Source of the DNA: Oculina patagonica
Taxonomy: Eukaryota
Direction of reading: 5' to 3'
Length of the DNA: 64,000 nt
Assembly: GCF_052425735.1 (NCBI RefSeq)
Contig: NC_135771.1
Span: 9,672,001-9,736,000, forward strand
The notes beneath the pieces are model-generated. The model had not been told where the DNA came from. It saw only the letters and a list, made by a program, of their open reading frames with translations, and ran no database searches. A program made the position numbers and the translations under genes. Each line of letters opens with the position of its first letter. Positions within the stretch are counted from its first letter, which is position 1. This document shows positions 36,243 through 48,089 of this stretch, in pieces.

Positions 36243-39200
36243 ATGGCCATAAAACACTCCTTTTACACGCCAGTTTTGCTTATCCTTTGTCAAATGATGT
36301 ATGAGGCAGCAGCTACTCAGCGGTGCAGCGTTACCGAAACTTCCATATATGGTATGATGCTACGGCGACACATCTTTAAGACGATCGCAGGCGCATCACG
36401 AGGTGATGTGTGCTTGCTGGAGTGTTATCGTGACATCAGGTGCCAAAGCTACAATTACGTCATTTCCAAACGCATGTGTGAGTTGAACGACCGTACCAAA
36501 GAAGCCAGACCTGAAGATTTCATTCCTGCCTCTCACAGATATTACTTTAGACGGGACAAGGATAGAGGTAGGTTAATTAGATATATAAAAATTATTTATG
36601 CGTTAATTTCGTATACCGGATAACCAAGGGCGCTCTCCAGGCGACCAAAAATCCCGGTTTGAAATACCGGGTATTCCATGTGGCGAATGGAACAGTATTT
36701 TCCGGTTGTTTGCACCAACAAAGCAAAACAAATGGCGGACTCGTTGCCTCTTTTATTTGCCATGCAGTTGTTCGACGACTCTGAAGCTAAAACGAACGAT
36801 ATTTTAAGGAAGGACGATGATATTTTTTCAGTGTAGCCTGCGAAGAAATTTAAATAGAGTTGGCGACTACTTTGCTTACGATACCAGCATATTTTCCTGA
36901 CGAGTCCAAGAGTACAGTCACTTTCGAAGGACGAGAGAAACATGCGCCTGTTTACTCGCCAGGCCATGCTAACAGGAAGGATACCACTTCGTATCGGATC
37001 TTGACGAGCAATCAATCATGCTCGAGTAAGAGCTGTAAGCTTTCGGTGACAAACAAACACGCCGAGCACTGTGTTGAGAAGCCATCTTGATGTGCGGGCA
37101 CGTTTAATTCCGGCTCGGAGAAGCTGGGCCCAAGCAGGAATAGTCGAATGGAACGGTATTTTCCGGTTGTTCCGATTTTCCGGAATTTTAAGACAACCTC
37201 GCGAGGTTGTGATATATTAGTTATATAAAACACAAGCCCAGTAAACTAACTGTACACAGCTAGATTAAAATTAGGTGGCATGTTCCTTTAATTTTCAGTC
37301 ATTCTTGGTTCCATTCCTGAGCTGCCCGCTGAATCATGTAAAGAAATCAAAGCAAGTGAAGGAGAAGAAGCGGCTAGCGGCAAATACTGGTTTGATTCTA
37401 TTATACCAGGGAGAACTGTACTTGCTCATTGTGACATGAACAAAAGAGGTAACTAAATTAATCATGGATGTTATTTTTATACTTAGCGTGAAATGAATAA
37501 TAAAATAAAGGGCTCTACATGGACCGATCGACATTAAAACAATCTAATCATTTCCTCATAAAAGCTCCGGAAATGTTGCCAGTTATTAATAAAGCTGCAA
37601 CACTGGATAATGTATTTCCAGAATTTTGATTGGCTAAGTGGCCGTCGGATATTTAACAATTATTCCACGAGCGCGCGTTGGATATGAGATGGTTGATAGC
37701 CAACGAGGCGCGCAGCCATTATTAACTTATAGCTGTTCATTATTTGTTCTTCCACAGCTGAGAATTGTGGTGAGCTGTACAAATTTGGTGAACGAGTCAA
37801 CGGTGTTTACACAATCGACCCAGATAGTAAAGGTGCCTTTGATGTGTTCTGTGACCAAACAACATCCGGAGGGGGATGGACTGTGTTGCAGAGGAGACTC
37901 GACGGCTCGGTTGATTTCTTCCGAGACTGGGCTGATTACAAAAGTGGCTTCGGTAATCTGACGGGCGAATTTTGGCTCGGGCTGGGAAAGATAAACAACC
38001 TGACCAGAAGTGGCAAACACAAGCTTCGTGTTGAACTGGAAGACACCGAAGGAAACGCTGCTTATGCCGAGTACGATGTGTTTGTGGTTGCGAATGAGGA
38101 GACTAACTATCGGCTGAGTGTAGGAAATTACTCAGGTGTGCATTTTTTTGTTACCTTATTACATGAAATTTTCGCGACACGTTAATTTCGCGATTTTGAG
38201 GTGCGCATATTTCGCGACACCTAAATTACGCGATTTGGCGAAAAGTTTGTATTTTGAATCACTTTAATTTCGCGTTTTTGAGTAAGACACAGTTTACAAT
38301 TCCTTGGCAATATTACTTTACATTCCATTGAATTTAAACGACTTCAAGGACGGGAACAACAGAGTAGTTCTCACAATGTCTACAAGTAGGTTATACTTGT
38401 ACGTACATAAGTTATTGTTCTTGAGTCAATTAACGACAACATCAAGAGAGGATGACAACATCCATTAAGATTAATAATTCCTTCCTTCAGTGGTACTAAA
38501 CTTATTCTATCTTGATTATTGACATAATGTGAGTCACTTAATTTTCGCGTCATGTTATGTTCGCGACACCTATTGTTCGCGTCACTTTAATTTCGCGATT
38601 TTTTTGGAATCGCGAAATTCGCGAAATTAACGTGTCGCGAAAATTTCATGTAATAAGGTACTACCTTTATGACTACTGAGTAGGATCCCAATTTCTCGAG
38701 CCTTGAAGGGGAACTAAACTTGGTTCGAGACATCGGGAATTCGAGAAATCGGGGAAAAAGTTCAGTGTTCGAAATGGAGAAGGAAACAAATTTTTGGTTC
38801 GAATTATCGGGATGTTCGAGAAATCGGGATTTCACTGTTTTTAGAGTTTCAGCGATGTTTTTCAGTTGCTTTGAAAAAGAATATTAACAATAATTCTACG
38901 AAATCGAGCGGAACATTTCTTAATATATAATCGACAAGAAAATAGGCCATACACGGCCCAGGTTTTTTTTTTTTGTACCGGGAAATTACTCAGGTAATCA
39001 TAATGCATTGATTAAAATAATATATATGAGACCAAACAAGAGAACAATTTGCGCGTGTCTCAAGCTGAAATTTACACCCCTAAGCGACCCGACGAGCATC
39101 CCCACCCATTTGATGGCACTGTAGTGTCTCTGGAACCTGAACCTGGACCGTTCATCCCGCCAGAGTAGTCCAGCGCACTAACCATAGCTTTTTGTTCTAC

Positions 39201-39485
39201 TGTACATGTACTTCAGGAAACGCAGGCGATTCGCTGACTAACCATGATGGCTACCCATTCACAACAAAAGACCAGGACAACGACCAATCTTTCAATCACA
39301 ACTGTGCTGTCATTCAAAAAGGAGCTTGGTGGTACAAAAAATGTCACACAGCCAACCTGAATGGTTTCTATCATCTGGGGAATTACTCAGGCGGTTGGGC
39401 GGATGGTGTTGTCTGGAAAACGTGGAAAGGAATTTGGTATTCTGCAAAAACAACTGAGATGAAGATCAGACCGTTGGATTTTTAG
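36243..39485 (+). CDS. Secreted PAN/apple + fibrinogen C-terminal domain (FReD; ficolin/MFAP4-like) protein, 4 coding exons, ~373 aa
   Basis: Exons 36243-36567, 37299-37448, 37758-38135 and 39217-39485 have GT-AG phase-1 junctions and sum to 1122 nt. Signal-like N-terminus, PAN-type CLLEC..CQSYN..CELN, and FBG motifs [46 protein letters not shown]. Confidence 0.92.
38152..38660. mobile_element. Intronic MITE with ~40-bp TIRs
   Basis: TACCTTATTACATGAAATTTTCGCGACACGTTAATTTCGCGA with its reverse complement ending at 38660. Confidence 0.88.
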
Positions 39486-39627
39486 GAGTCTGCGCTTTTG
39501 GCTGTTCGTTTCTCTTTTAACAATATTAGACTACAAGCTTTAATTTTCATGAGCGATAATCAACTCGACTGCGCCGCTTTGATTATTCGCTCATAGAAAA
39601 CGCCGACTCGTAATCTAATTGTTAGAT

Positions 39628-40088
39628 CACAGGCAGACCGAGCGATGCCTTTGTTTATAATTTGCAATGGTCTTTCTAGGTTTGATTCAAACGATCGAAA
39701 AAAATACTCCATAAATCGCTTAATTTGAGATCTTTTGTTCCTAAATTACCATAAACTGTAAGCCAGCTAAATAAAGATCACTGACCTAATGTTGATTGTG
39801 TGTTATTGTAAGATTTGGTGGGGTTTTGGGACGATTTATTTCATTAGTAGGGAGCGTTAGCGGCAAGTGAGAAATTAATCGTCCCAAAACCCCACCAAAT
39901 CTCACAATAATACACTATCAACATTAGGTTAGTGATCTTTATTTATCTGGCTTACGGTTAATTATAATTTATGAAAAAAAGATCTCAAATTCAGTGATTT
40001 TTGGATGTTTATTTTCGATCGTTTGTCGAATCAAACCGAGAACGACCGTTGCTAATTATAAACAAAGCCATCGCTTGGTCTGCCTGTG
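39628..40088. mobile_element. 461-bp foldback (near-palindromic) element with a 7-bp TSD
   Basis: CACAGGCAGACC...GGTCTGCCTGTG with ~215-bp arms, flanked by GTTAGAT (39621-39627, 40089-40095). Confidence 0.9.
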
Positions 40089-43000
40089 GTTAGATTCGAG
40101 AAATTTTCACTAGAACACGCTTAGTGGCAACTGATCCGTATGAAGTAGTTGTGTTAGTTCATTGATGTTCTTTAATATCTATATGAGTAAGTTAATTAGA
40201 TTTAGACAAAACTAAAACAGAAGTGTTATTGCTGACAATACTTTATTGTTACTTCTGAAAGCTTGAACTTTCTCAGAGATACTTGTATTTGTTAAGTGAT
40301 AGATGGTATAGAATTTCAGGACTGGCGAAAGAGGAAAGAATGCTTTAAGGTTGTGTTGCTGCTAACCCAAATAATATATAACATTTTACCTTATTTATTA
40401 TCTTTCTAAGCACGTAGTTTTGGTGTATCCAAATAATAATAATTTTTACAAAAAATTTTTACATTTACCTTATTTATTATTTTTCTAAGCATGTAGTTTA
40501 GGTGTATCCATAAAAAATGATTACACCTGTAAGCTAAAAGATCGAAATCTTAAAAAAGTTGTCTGCTTGTTGTTTGTTTGTTTGTTTACATTCACTCCGA
40601 ATGAAATGAAGGTTAGAATTCTACCAAGAAAATTTTTCCTTGAATTATTGTACGCAGGCTGAAGGCACATAACTCAAGATCGTTTAGGCTAAAACAAATT
40701 ACGCTTCTCTTGCACTTTCTACTTTGCATTTTCTCTCTTCTGAAATTTAGGCTTGATCGTTTAGCTTGTTGTTATTCATGTTTCGGACGATTTCGTGGCA
40801 TGCATCAGGGGTGTTTACCATTTGGTGAAATAAACCGATTGTAATGACCGTTGAATAGTGGTAGGTGTTGAGCAGCAAACCGACCAAAAGAGACGGCGCT
40901 TACCATTCATAATTTAATTTCCGATTATTGTTTTCCCTCGATGGCTCGTTACTGGAAATGGGAAAAATGGACAAATGTTACAGAATTTTCCTATGGTTCT
41001 TACCGACCGAGAGAAAAGGACTACCGTCAAAACGTAAGTCCACAATTTCCGAATGGATTTTCGGGAATATATTACTGTCCAATTTGCTTTCCAACAGAAA
41101 CTTCCGGGATTTTTAATTTGGTTAACCCTTTCGGCACTAAATTACTAGGGCTTCTTTCCTATTAAATTAATAGACCCCCTATGTATGATATACCATTTAA
41201 AAGCTTTTGACCTGTGTATTCCAAAATCACATCAACAATTACGGAAAAAGTGATAGCTTTGACAAAAGATGTTTGAAAAAAACGAAAAAGTCAAAATTTT
41301 CTATTTATTAGTATACACTAACTATACCTTAATTTACAGCTCTCAGTGAAGGACAAACAAATACATTAGAGACCATACAATACTGAAGAAAAAAGTTGCA
41401 AAACTTCAAGTGGTGGTAAACCATATCATGTCTATGACATGGTGGGGGCACAATTTACACTTTCAACGAGTAATTCTTTACAAGACCATTTTGGTGTAAA
41501 AATTTCATCAAAATCGGCCAGATTTGAACCAAACAGTGACGTTGCAAGCACATAAGTGCTCTGCCGTGGCGAAATGGTAAGCACCCCAAGGACTTAGATC
41601 TTCGCACGCAAGACTCCTCAAGGGCTACACGTGCAGAAAGGTGCACGTGTTCGGACGATTCCGTGGCCAGGAGCCAAATTCGACATGTAGCTACATGTTG
41701 GCCGGTGTGGTTGTTTGTGCCTCTTTCTCGTTAGTGATCATGAATTTCGTCAAAACATTTGCAAAGTAGCCTGGGGTTCACTCCAGGACCTTCACATTGT
41801 GGATTCATACTGCCAATACACAAATCTCTTGATGAACAATGCTAAGGACAGACTCAGAACTCTGACGTTTCCGCTTAGTGCCTAATATGCTTTAAGCTCG
41901 TGTCTCCCAGGGCTTTATGGCGAAAATTGTCGTAAAAATAGAATCCACTTTACTGCAGCTAGAATTGCTAAACGATTTACCTGTGATATGTAGATTACCT
42001 AGCATATTGTAATTCCCGATTTGCCTTTTGAAAATGAACTTAAGTGACAGGTGATTCAAAAATTTGTGGAATTAATAAACCACGATAAAAGTGATCTGCT
42101 AAACCTGACAGCAGTCACGAATAAGACTAAGAGTACATCAAATATAAACCTACGTGTTTTAGGTAACTTTGGAGGCTAAGCTCTCCAAGTTTTAAGATTT
42201 TAAGCAATGAAGACTGATCAAGGCCGATCGCAGTGTAAATGTTTGTTTTATTTCAGGAATACAGTGTAAATGTTAATTGGGGTTCGACTGTGTTTTTGAC
42301 TTCTATACGGTGCGAATGGGTATATGTTCTTTAATGAATGAAACATAGTAATTATTACACTGTACTGGCTTAGTGTTTAATTATAGTACGAGTTGTCTGC
42401 AAAGGAAGGTACGATAGAAATAAGACTATTTGATGTAAAAAATAAGAAAAAAAAAAACATCAAAAATGTGAATTAAATGGGGCTTCACCATAATCTTTTT
42501 TGTCCTTTAATTTTTTCTTGTCAGTTTTCTCGCTTGTTCCGATTGCCATCATCCGTTATACACGCAAAACCGTCTTGCACAAGATGACATATTTACTTTA
42601 AATAACGCATTTTAATAAAATACGCTTAGTTCTGCAGCTTTTAAAATGAATGAGAAAATCTTGATTCATATTCAGCTGGCGCTGTCCACCGCTAAAAGAG
42701 TTAAGTGACAAAAGGAATTCGCGCTGTTTGCACTATGGTGTTCTTAAAGCAATTGAGCCCTCTCACTACGGACTTTTTATTACGCTGATGAAACTCAATC
42801 AAATTGTATTTACTTTTCTATCGTGATCTATGCGGTAAACTTGATTGACTCCCGACTGTTTCGAGTTCATCTATGTTTACTTCTGATAAATGTTTTCAGT
42901 ACAATACGGACAACAGTCGAGAAAAATCAATAAAAAAAACATGTCAGTTATTGATTTTCCTCTTTTCAAAACATTAATTCTTGAAATGACCAAGTCATTC

Positions 43001-45648
43001 AAATTCAAATTTAAATTAAAGTTATTTCTTCTGAAAAGTAAACAATTTTTTGTCGTCCTTCGTTCGACCACTAATCTTAGAGATTTTCCGTCACCTTTTG
43101 AGTTAAACAATAGTACGACATCAATTAATATTTCTCTAACTTAATATCTCTGCAGTGGAAACGGAAAACTTATCATGCAAAGCAGCTGTTGTGAAAATAT
43201 TGTCTTTTCTGATGACGTTTATTTTCAACCAAAAGTTCATTTGCGCTGTTTGTCTGTCAGAGCTTTTCGTTTAGTCGTTCTACAAGCAAAGTGCATTTCG
43301 GAAAACAAAGTTCAATTGCAATTTTCACTCCTTGATCGAGGTACAACTTGTGCAAATGGCAAGGACCATCCAGGTAGGGGGTTCCCATGTTGTGTGAAAT
43401 TTTTGTGTTCCTCAATTCACCTTAAATTACAGTAAGATAGCACAATTTTTACCGCAAATGCGAAGAGTTTTCTTTTAACAATTGCACTAAACAATGCCAC
43501 GAACAACGAAAAGTTAGCAATGTGTAATATGTACAAGGGCTAGCGAAATTCCCGTCGTGTCTTTTTTGAGTGCGACGGAACTGGGTTGGTACGGTTTTTG
43601 CGAAAAAACAATTGCAGGTTTTGTTTCATTATCTTTCATTGTATTTTCGGATTCAGTCGACTCTTGACTTAAATCCATTTATTTTGATTAACGGATAAGG
43701 CAGTGCATGGAAACGGAATCTAAGGAAAATTTGCGATGATACTTTTTAGATATAAATTATCAGAAAGTGTATATGGATGAAATATCGTTAACTGTTATAC
43801 TCGGTAGAAAGTAAAAGGAAAAGAAAAAAAGAAGAAAACAATGAAAAGATAATTAAGTTGAGGCATCATTGTGCATTCACTGTGCTGTATGCATCGAAAG
43901 TTCTGGAAAGAAAAAAACTTCACGCTAATATGACAGGTCTTTTGACTGTGCATAGCCAAATAAAAATATAGCTTCTCGTTAAATCGTGCCATAAATTAAA
44001 TCCAGGTAGTTTGTGTCAACAGATAAGCATAAAAGTTAACCCCCCAAAAAACTAAAATTGCCTGTAACATTTAAAACAGCCTTAAGCGACCAAAATTCTT
44101 CATAATTTATGGGCAATAAAGCAATCTTCAATCACCTAAGATTGCTTTTAACGACTTGAAACAACCAAAACAACCGGTCATGCACCAGGTATATATATTC
44201 ATCTTTGATATAACTGAAAGTTGCTCGTTCATGGTTGGAGTATACGGATGTTTAGACTACAGGCAGCATGCACCTGATGGAAGGACAAGGGACATGCACG
44301 CGATAGCAGCTAAAAAAATGTTACGGTTTTGAAAGACTAGTGTACATTTAGCGACGGAGTCGAAGTCGGGTCGGAGTCGTAAGAGCGCTTACGACCTACT
44401 GAAAATCGTATATCGGAGTCGTAAGAGAAGTCATAAGCTCAACCAAAGCGGCGTCGGAAGAATCAAAACGCTTCCGACGTTTTCATTTTCTTCCGACTCA
44501 GCTTATTTTGTCGGAGTCGCAAGAAGAAGCGAAAGAGCAAACCAATCACAATGCTAGTTCTCACGCCCTTCGAGTGCTTCCTTTCTGCTTGCGACTCCAA
44601 CAATCTAGTTTTCACTTGATCATAAGCGACGGAGTTGTAAGCAGAATCTGAAACTCTGCTTACGACTCCGTTGGTTGGAGATTCACTAGATCGTTACGCT
44701 CTGCGCTTCTGATTTCCGGGGAGGGGGAGGGACCCCATATGGTCAACGGGGAGGCTCCGCCCGAGGGCCAAGGCCAGGAAAAAGGGTAGGGAACGAGAGG
44801 AAATAAGGGATGGATCTGTCACTAGGAAAGAGGGCAAAAACGACAGACGCATGACTGAACTATTAAGCGCACGAAAATGACAAGAAACGTCCTGAAGTCC
44901 ACGCCACGAGGAATGAAAGGGGAAACTGAAAATGGAAAAAGGGTAAGGGGGAACGGGGGGAGCCCCCTGGAAAATGTTTGTGTACCCCCCCCCCCCCCCG
45001 GGTTCTGATTACGACTCCAACCACGACTTCGTCGGTAGTGAGTCAGAACCTGCCTTCAAAGATCCACTCATCCACCACGCCTCGAAAATCGAACTTTATT
45101 AAATACTTCAATAGCTGTTATTTCAGTTCTCGGCGGTTTGACATACAAAAGAGGCAAAACAGCTATTCTGCATTGTGTTTACCCAATCTCCTTGTTCGCT
45201 TATTGCAGGCTGAACTGCAATAACAACCATAGCTTCTGGTAATTTTCAAAGCACTGGCACTTTATATGACAGAAAAATAAAATTAATTATTGTTAACACA
45301 AAAATAAACTTGATTAATTACTTGTACTTATTTATTACTTTCCAGCGATGCTTATTCACATCATAATTTCAAATTCAATAAATAAAGGTGTTCCTTAGTT
45401 GCGCATCTTTGCTGCGCAGAATTTTACGCGCAATTATTGCGCTCATAACATAAACAATTTGGCGGCCTTTTTCTATTCCGCTTGGCCTGCGAGAGAGATA
45501 AATTCGTCGTGTTTTTTTCGTAACCATTAACGCTGACCTATCAGTTTTTCCCTCCGCTTACTTCAAGTGTAGCGATCACTCTCTTTAATGTAGACCAATG
45601 ATGGTGTAGAACTGTTGTATGCGTGGAAGTTCTTCAACGCCATTGATC

Positions 45649-45804
45649 TGGCCCCAGTTGTTCAAAGGGTGGATAACGCTATCCACCCGATAAATCACTA
45701 TCCAGTGGACAGCGAGGTAGCTATAGGTTTTATGTGACAGATATCCACTGGATAGCGATTTATCCGGTGGATAGCACTATCCACCCTTTGAACAACTGGG
45801 CCCT
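45649..45804. mobile_element. Palindromic MITE upstream of the GPCR exon
   Basis: CCCAGTTGTTCAAAGGGTGGATA...TATCCACCCTTTGAACAACTGGG. Confidence 0.85.
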
Positions 45805-45922
45805 GTTTGCGAAAAATTCATAATCCATTGGTCAATTTTTACAAGTGCACGTGGGCCGGTTCAAGCAGCCGCACCGTAATTACTGACATTCATTTAATAC
45901 CATTTGCTTGTTTGTTTTCTAG

Positions 45923-46933
45923 GGTCAAATAAACTGTTCTAATCATCTGAGCAATTCATCGTGGAATTTTAACAATACCATTTCCAACAAGTCAGTAATG
46001 CATGCGGAGTCTTCGTTACCGCAGACACACATATCTGTGTTTATATGCTTGGGATTGCTTGGTGCTGCAATCGTGTTTGCAAACTCCGTTGTCATTTTCC
46101 TGTACAGAAGAAAGGAATTTTTGAAAACAAAAACAAACCTTTGTCTAGCCTGTTTGGCAGTGTCGGATATGCTAGCAGGGGCTATTGCCGTTCCCATGGT
46201 AATATCGTGCAATTTGGCAGAGGTAGATATCGCTATAACAATATGTACCGCTATGGACTTGTCTTCAAGATTTATATCCATATCAACCGTGCTGCACCTG
46301 CTTTTGGTAACTATGGAGAGATATTTTATGATAATTCATGCCATGCATTATCCGTACATCGTTACAAGACTTCGGCTGAAAACTGTGCTTGTGTTTATCT
46401 GGTGTTTCTCGCTGGGAACCTCGCTCATTCAGCTCGTCTGGATTCCTGTGGATGGCCCTAGCACAGCTGACGTCCTCGAAAAAGACACAATATACAGCTT
46501 GACGGTGTTTTTTGGAATTGTTGTGCCAAGCTTACTTCTTATGGGTGCTGCTTTATCTTCTATATTCCGAGTTCTTAGAAGGCAAATCCAGAATATAAAG
46601 AGAGGAAACAGTTACAAAACGAGGGCTTACCAAAGCAGACGGATACCTTTAGAGGGCAAGGCAGTGATTGTGTTTGGCTCAATGATATTAACTTTTATAG
46701 CCTGCTGGTTTTCATATTTTCTTGACGGGCTGATGCAGGATTTGGACCTTAAAGCCCCTTATCTACCGGACTGGGCCCGTGTTGTGCTCATGTTTTTCCG
46801 ATTTGGCTCGTCGGTATTGAATCCGATACTTTACACTTTCTTCAAGGAGGATTTTAAAAGAGCTGCACTGGTGTCGTTTGTAGGGTCACGAAGATCGTCT
46901 CGTTTCACCACTTACGATGTATCACCAGTCTGA
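45923..46933 (+). CDS. Class A (rhodopsin-like) GPCR, aminergic/adenosine-receptor-like orphan; main coding exon
   Basis: Seven hydrophobic segments with LAVSD (TM2), ERY (TM3), TM4 Trp, CWFSY (TM6) and NPILY (TM7). The frame is open from the acceptor TTTTCTAG| at 45923, 25 codons before the ATG at 45998. Confidence 0.93.
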   Translation, partial: GQINCSNHLSNSSWNFNNTISNKSVMHAESSLPQTHISVFICLGLLGAAIVFANSVVIFLYRRKEFLKTKTNLCLACLAVSDMLAGAIAVPMVISCNLAEVDIAITICTAMDLSSRFISISTVLHLLLVTMERYFMIIHAMHYPYIVTRLRLKTVLVFIWCFSLGTSLIQLVWIPVDGPSTADVLEKDTIYSLTVFFGIVVPSLLLMGAALSSIFRVLRRQIQNIKRGNSYKTRAYQSRRIPLEGKAVIVFGSMILTFIACWFSYFLDGLMQDLDLKAPYLPDWARVVLMFFRFGSSVLNPILYTFFKEDFKRAALVSFVGSRRSSRFTTYDVSPV

Positions 46934-47000
46934 GTTGCCAGTCTAAAGTTGGAAATAATACGGATTGTAATTAAATCTCAACCAGCCCGACGATAGTTAA

Positions 47001-47365
47001 AGGGACACTGTCACCGGTTTCACTTCAAAAACTCAAAAGCCTTAAGACATGGAAACTACGAATAGTGGTTCAATTTTGTTAAAAATTACCATGCAAGTGT
47101 ACTAAAGTGATAAACAAGTGATATTATTGTGATGCCATCAGGAACTTTAGATCTCAACTTTAAAAAGTCAGTCTGATTTTTTCAAGTTTTGTCCTTGTGA
47201 ACTGGAAAAATACCTGAAAATTATTATGGTTCCCTTCTTCCTTCAACAACAATTTACTTTATATCTTCATCTTGATGTACTAGGTGCATTTATGACGAGA
47301 AGACCTATTCGCCAATTTGAGTACTTTTTACCGAAAAGCACTAAAATCCCCGAAAGAGTGTCCCT
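47001..47365. mobile_element. TTAA-targeting MITE (same family as 4028-4403)
   Basis: TTAA|AGGGACAC...GTGTCCCT|TTAA, colinear with the array copies. Confidence 0.88.
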
Positions 47366-48038
47366 TTAAGTAATTGGAAGGAGGCGATTTCGGGGGTAAG
47401 AGAGATCGAGAGCTCCAATACGACTGGTACGGGGGACATCGCTGCGGGGAGTGGGATGGTCGCCAATGCTTCAGTCCTCTGACATCATCAATTCACGAAA
47501 AGACAGAATACGCGTCAACCAGGAAGCTATATATACGAACATGGTCAGCGGCAGGCTTGCCGTTGCCAAAGTAACTGGGCCCGTGCAATGGGAAATAAGG
47601 GTGTTTTTGGCGCGGGCCCCGGTTAGCATACTTCTTAATGTATATATACGCTAATTATTAAGTTGTATTCCTTAGTTATCCGTTTCTCCTCATTTGAAAA
47701 CCAGGGGACTCCTCAAAATTAGCGTTAACGTACGACTCGGAATGTTTGAAGAAAATGTCAGTGCTGAAATTAAAATATATTTAAAACATTTAATGTTACT
47801 TTTCAAATTGTTCGCCCTCTTCATTGGAATTGTATATTCTCTTAAAGCCCTATATATTTAGCTCTTCGTATTTAGCCACACTGCCTTTAAGACTGCCATT
47901 TTGGAGATTTCGTGGATTTTAATAAAGCAAGAGGCCGCTCGTAACCTACACTCGCGCCGGTCTAAATATTAGTGATTATAAGCTATTTGTCTGTATCTTA
48001 ATATTTTCTGTTTCTTTTTCCATGTACATGTACAAAAC

Positions 48039-48089
<51 letters not shown>

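Noticed and set aside
45943-46461. Antisense and alternate-frame ORFs overlapping the GPCR
   Set aside because: Shadow ORFs of the GPCR coding sequence with no independent support.
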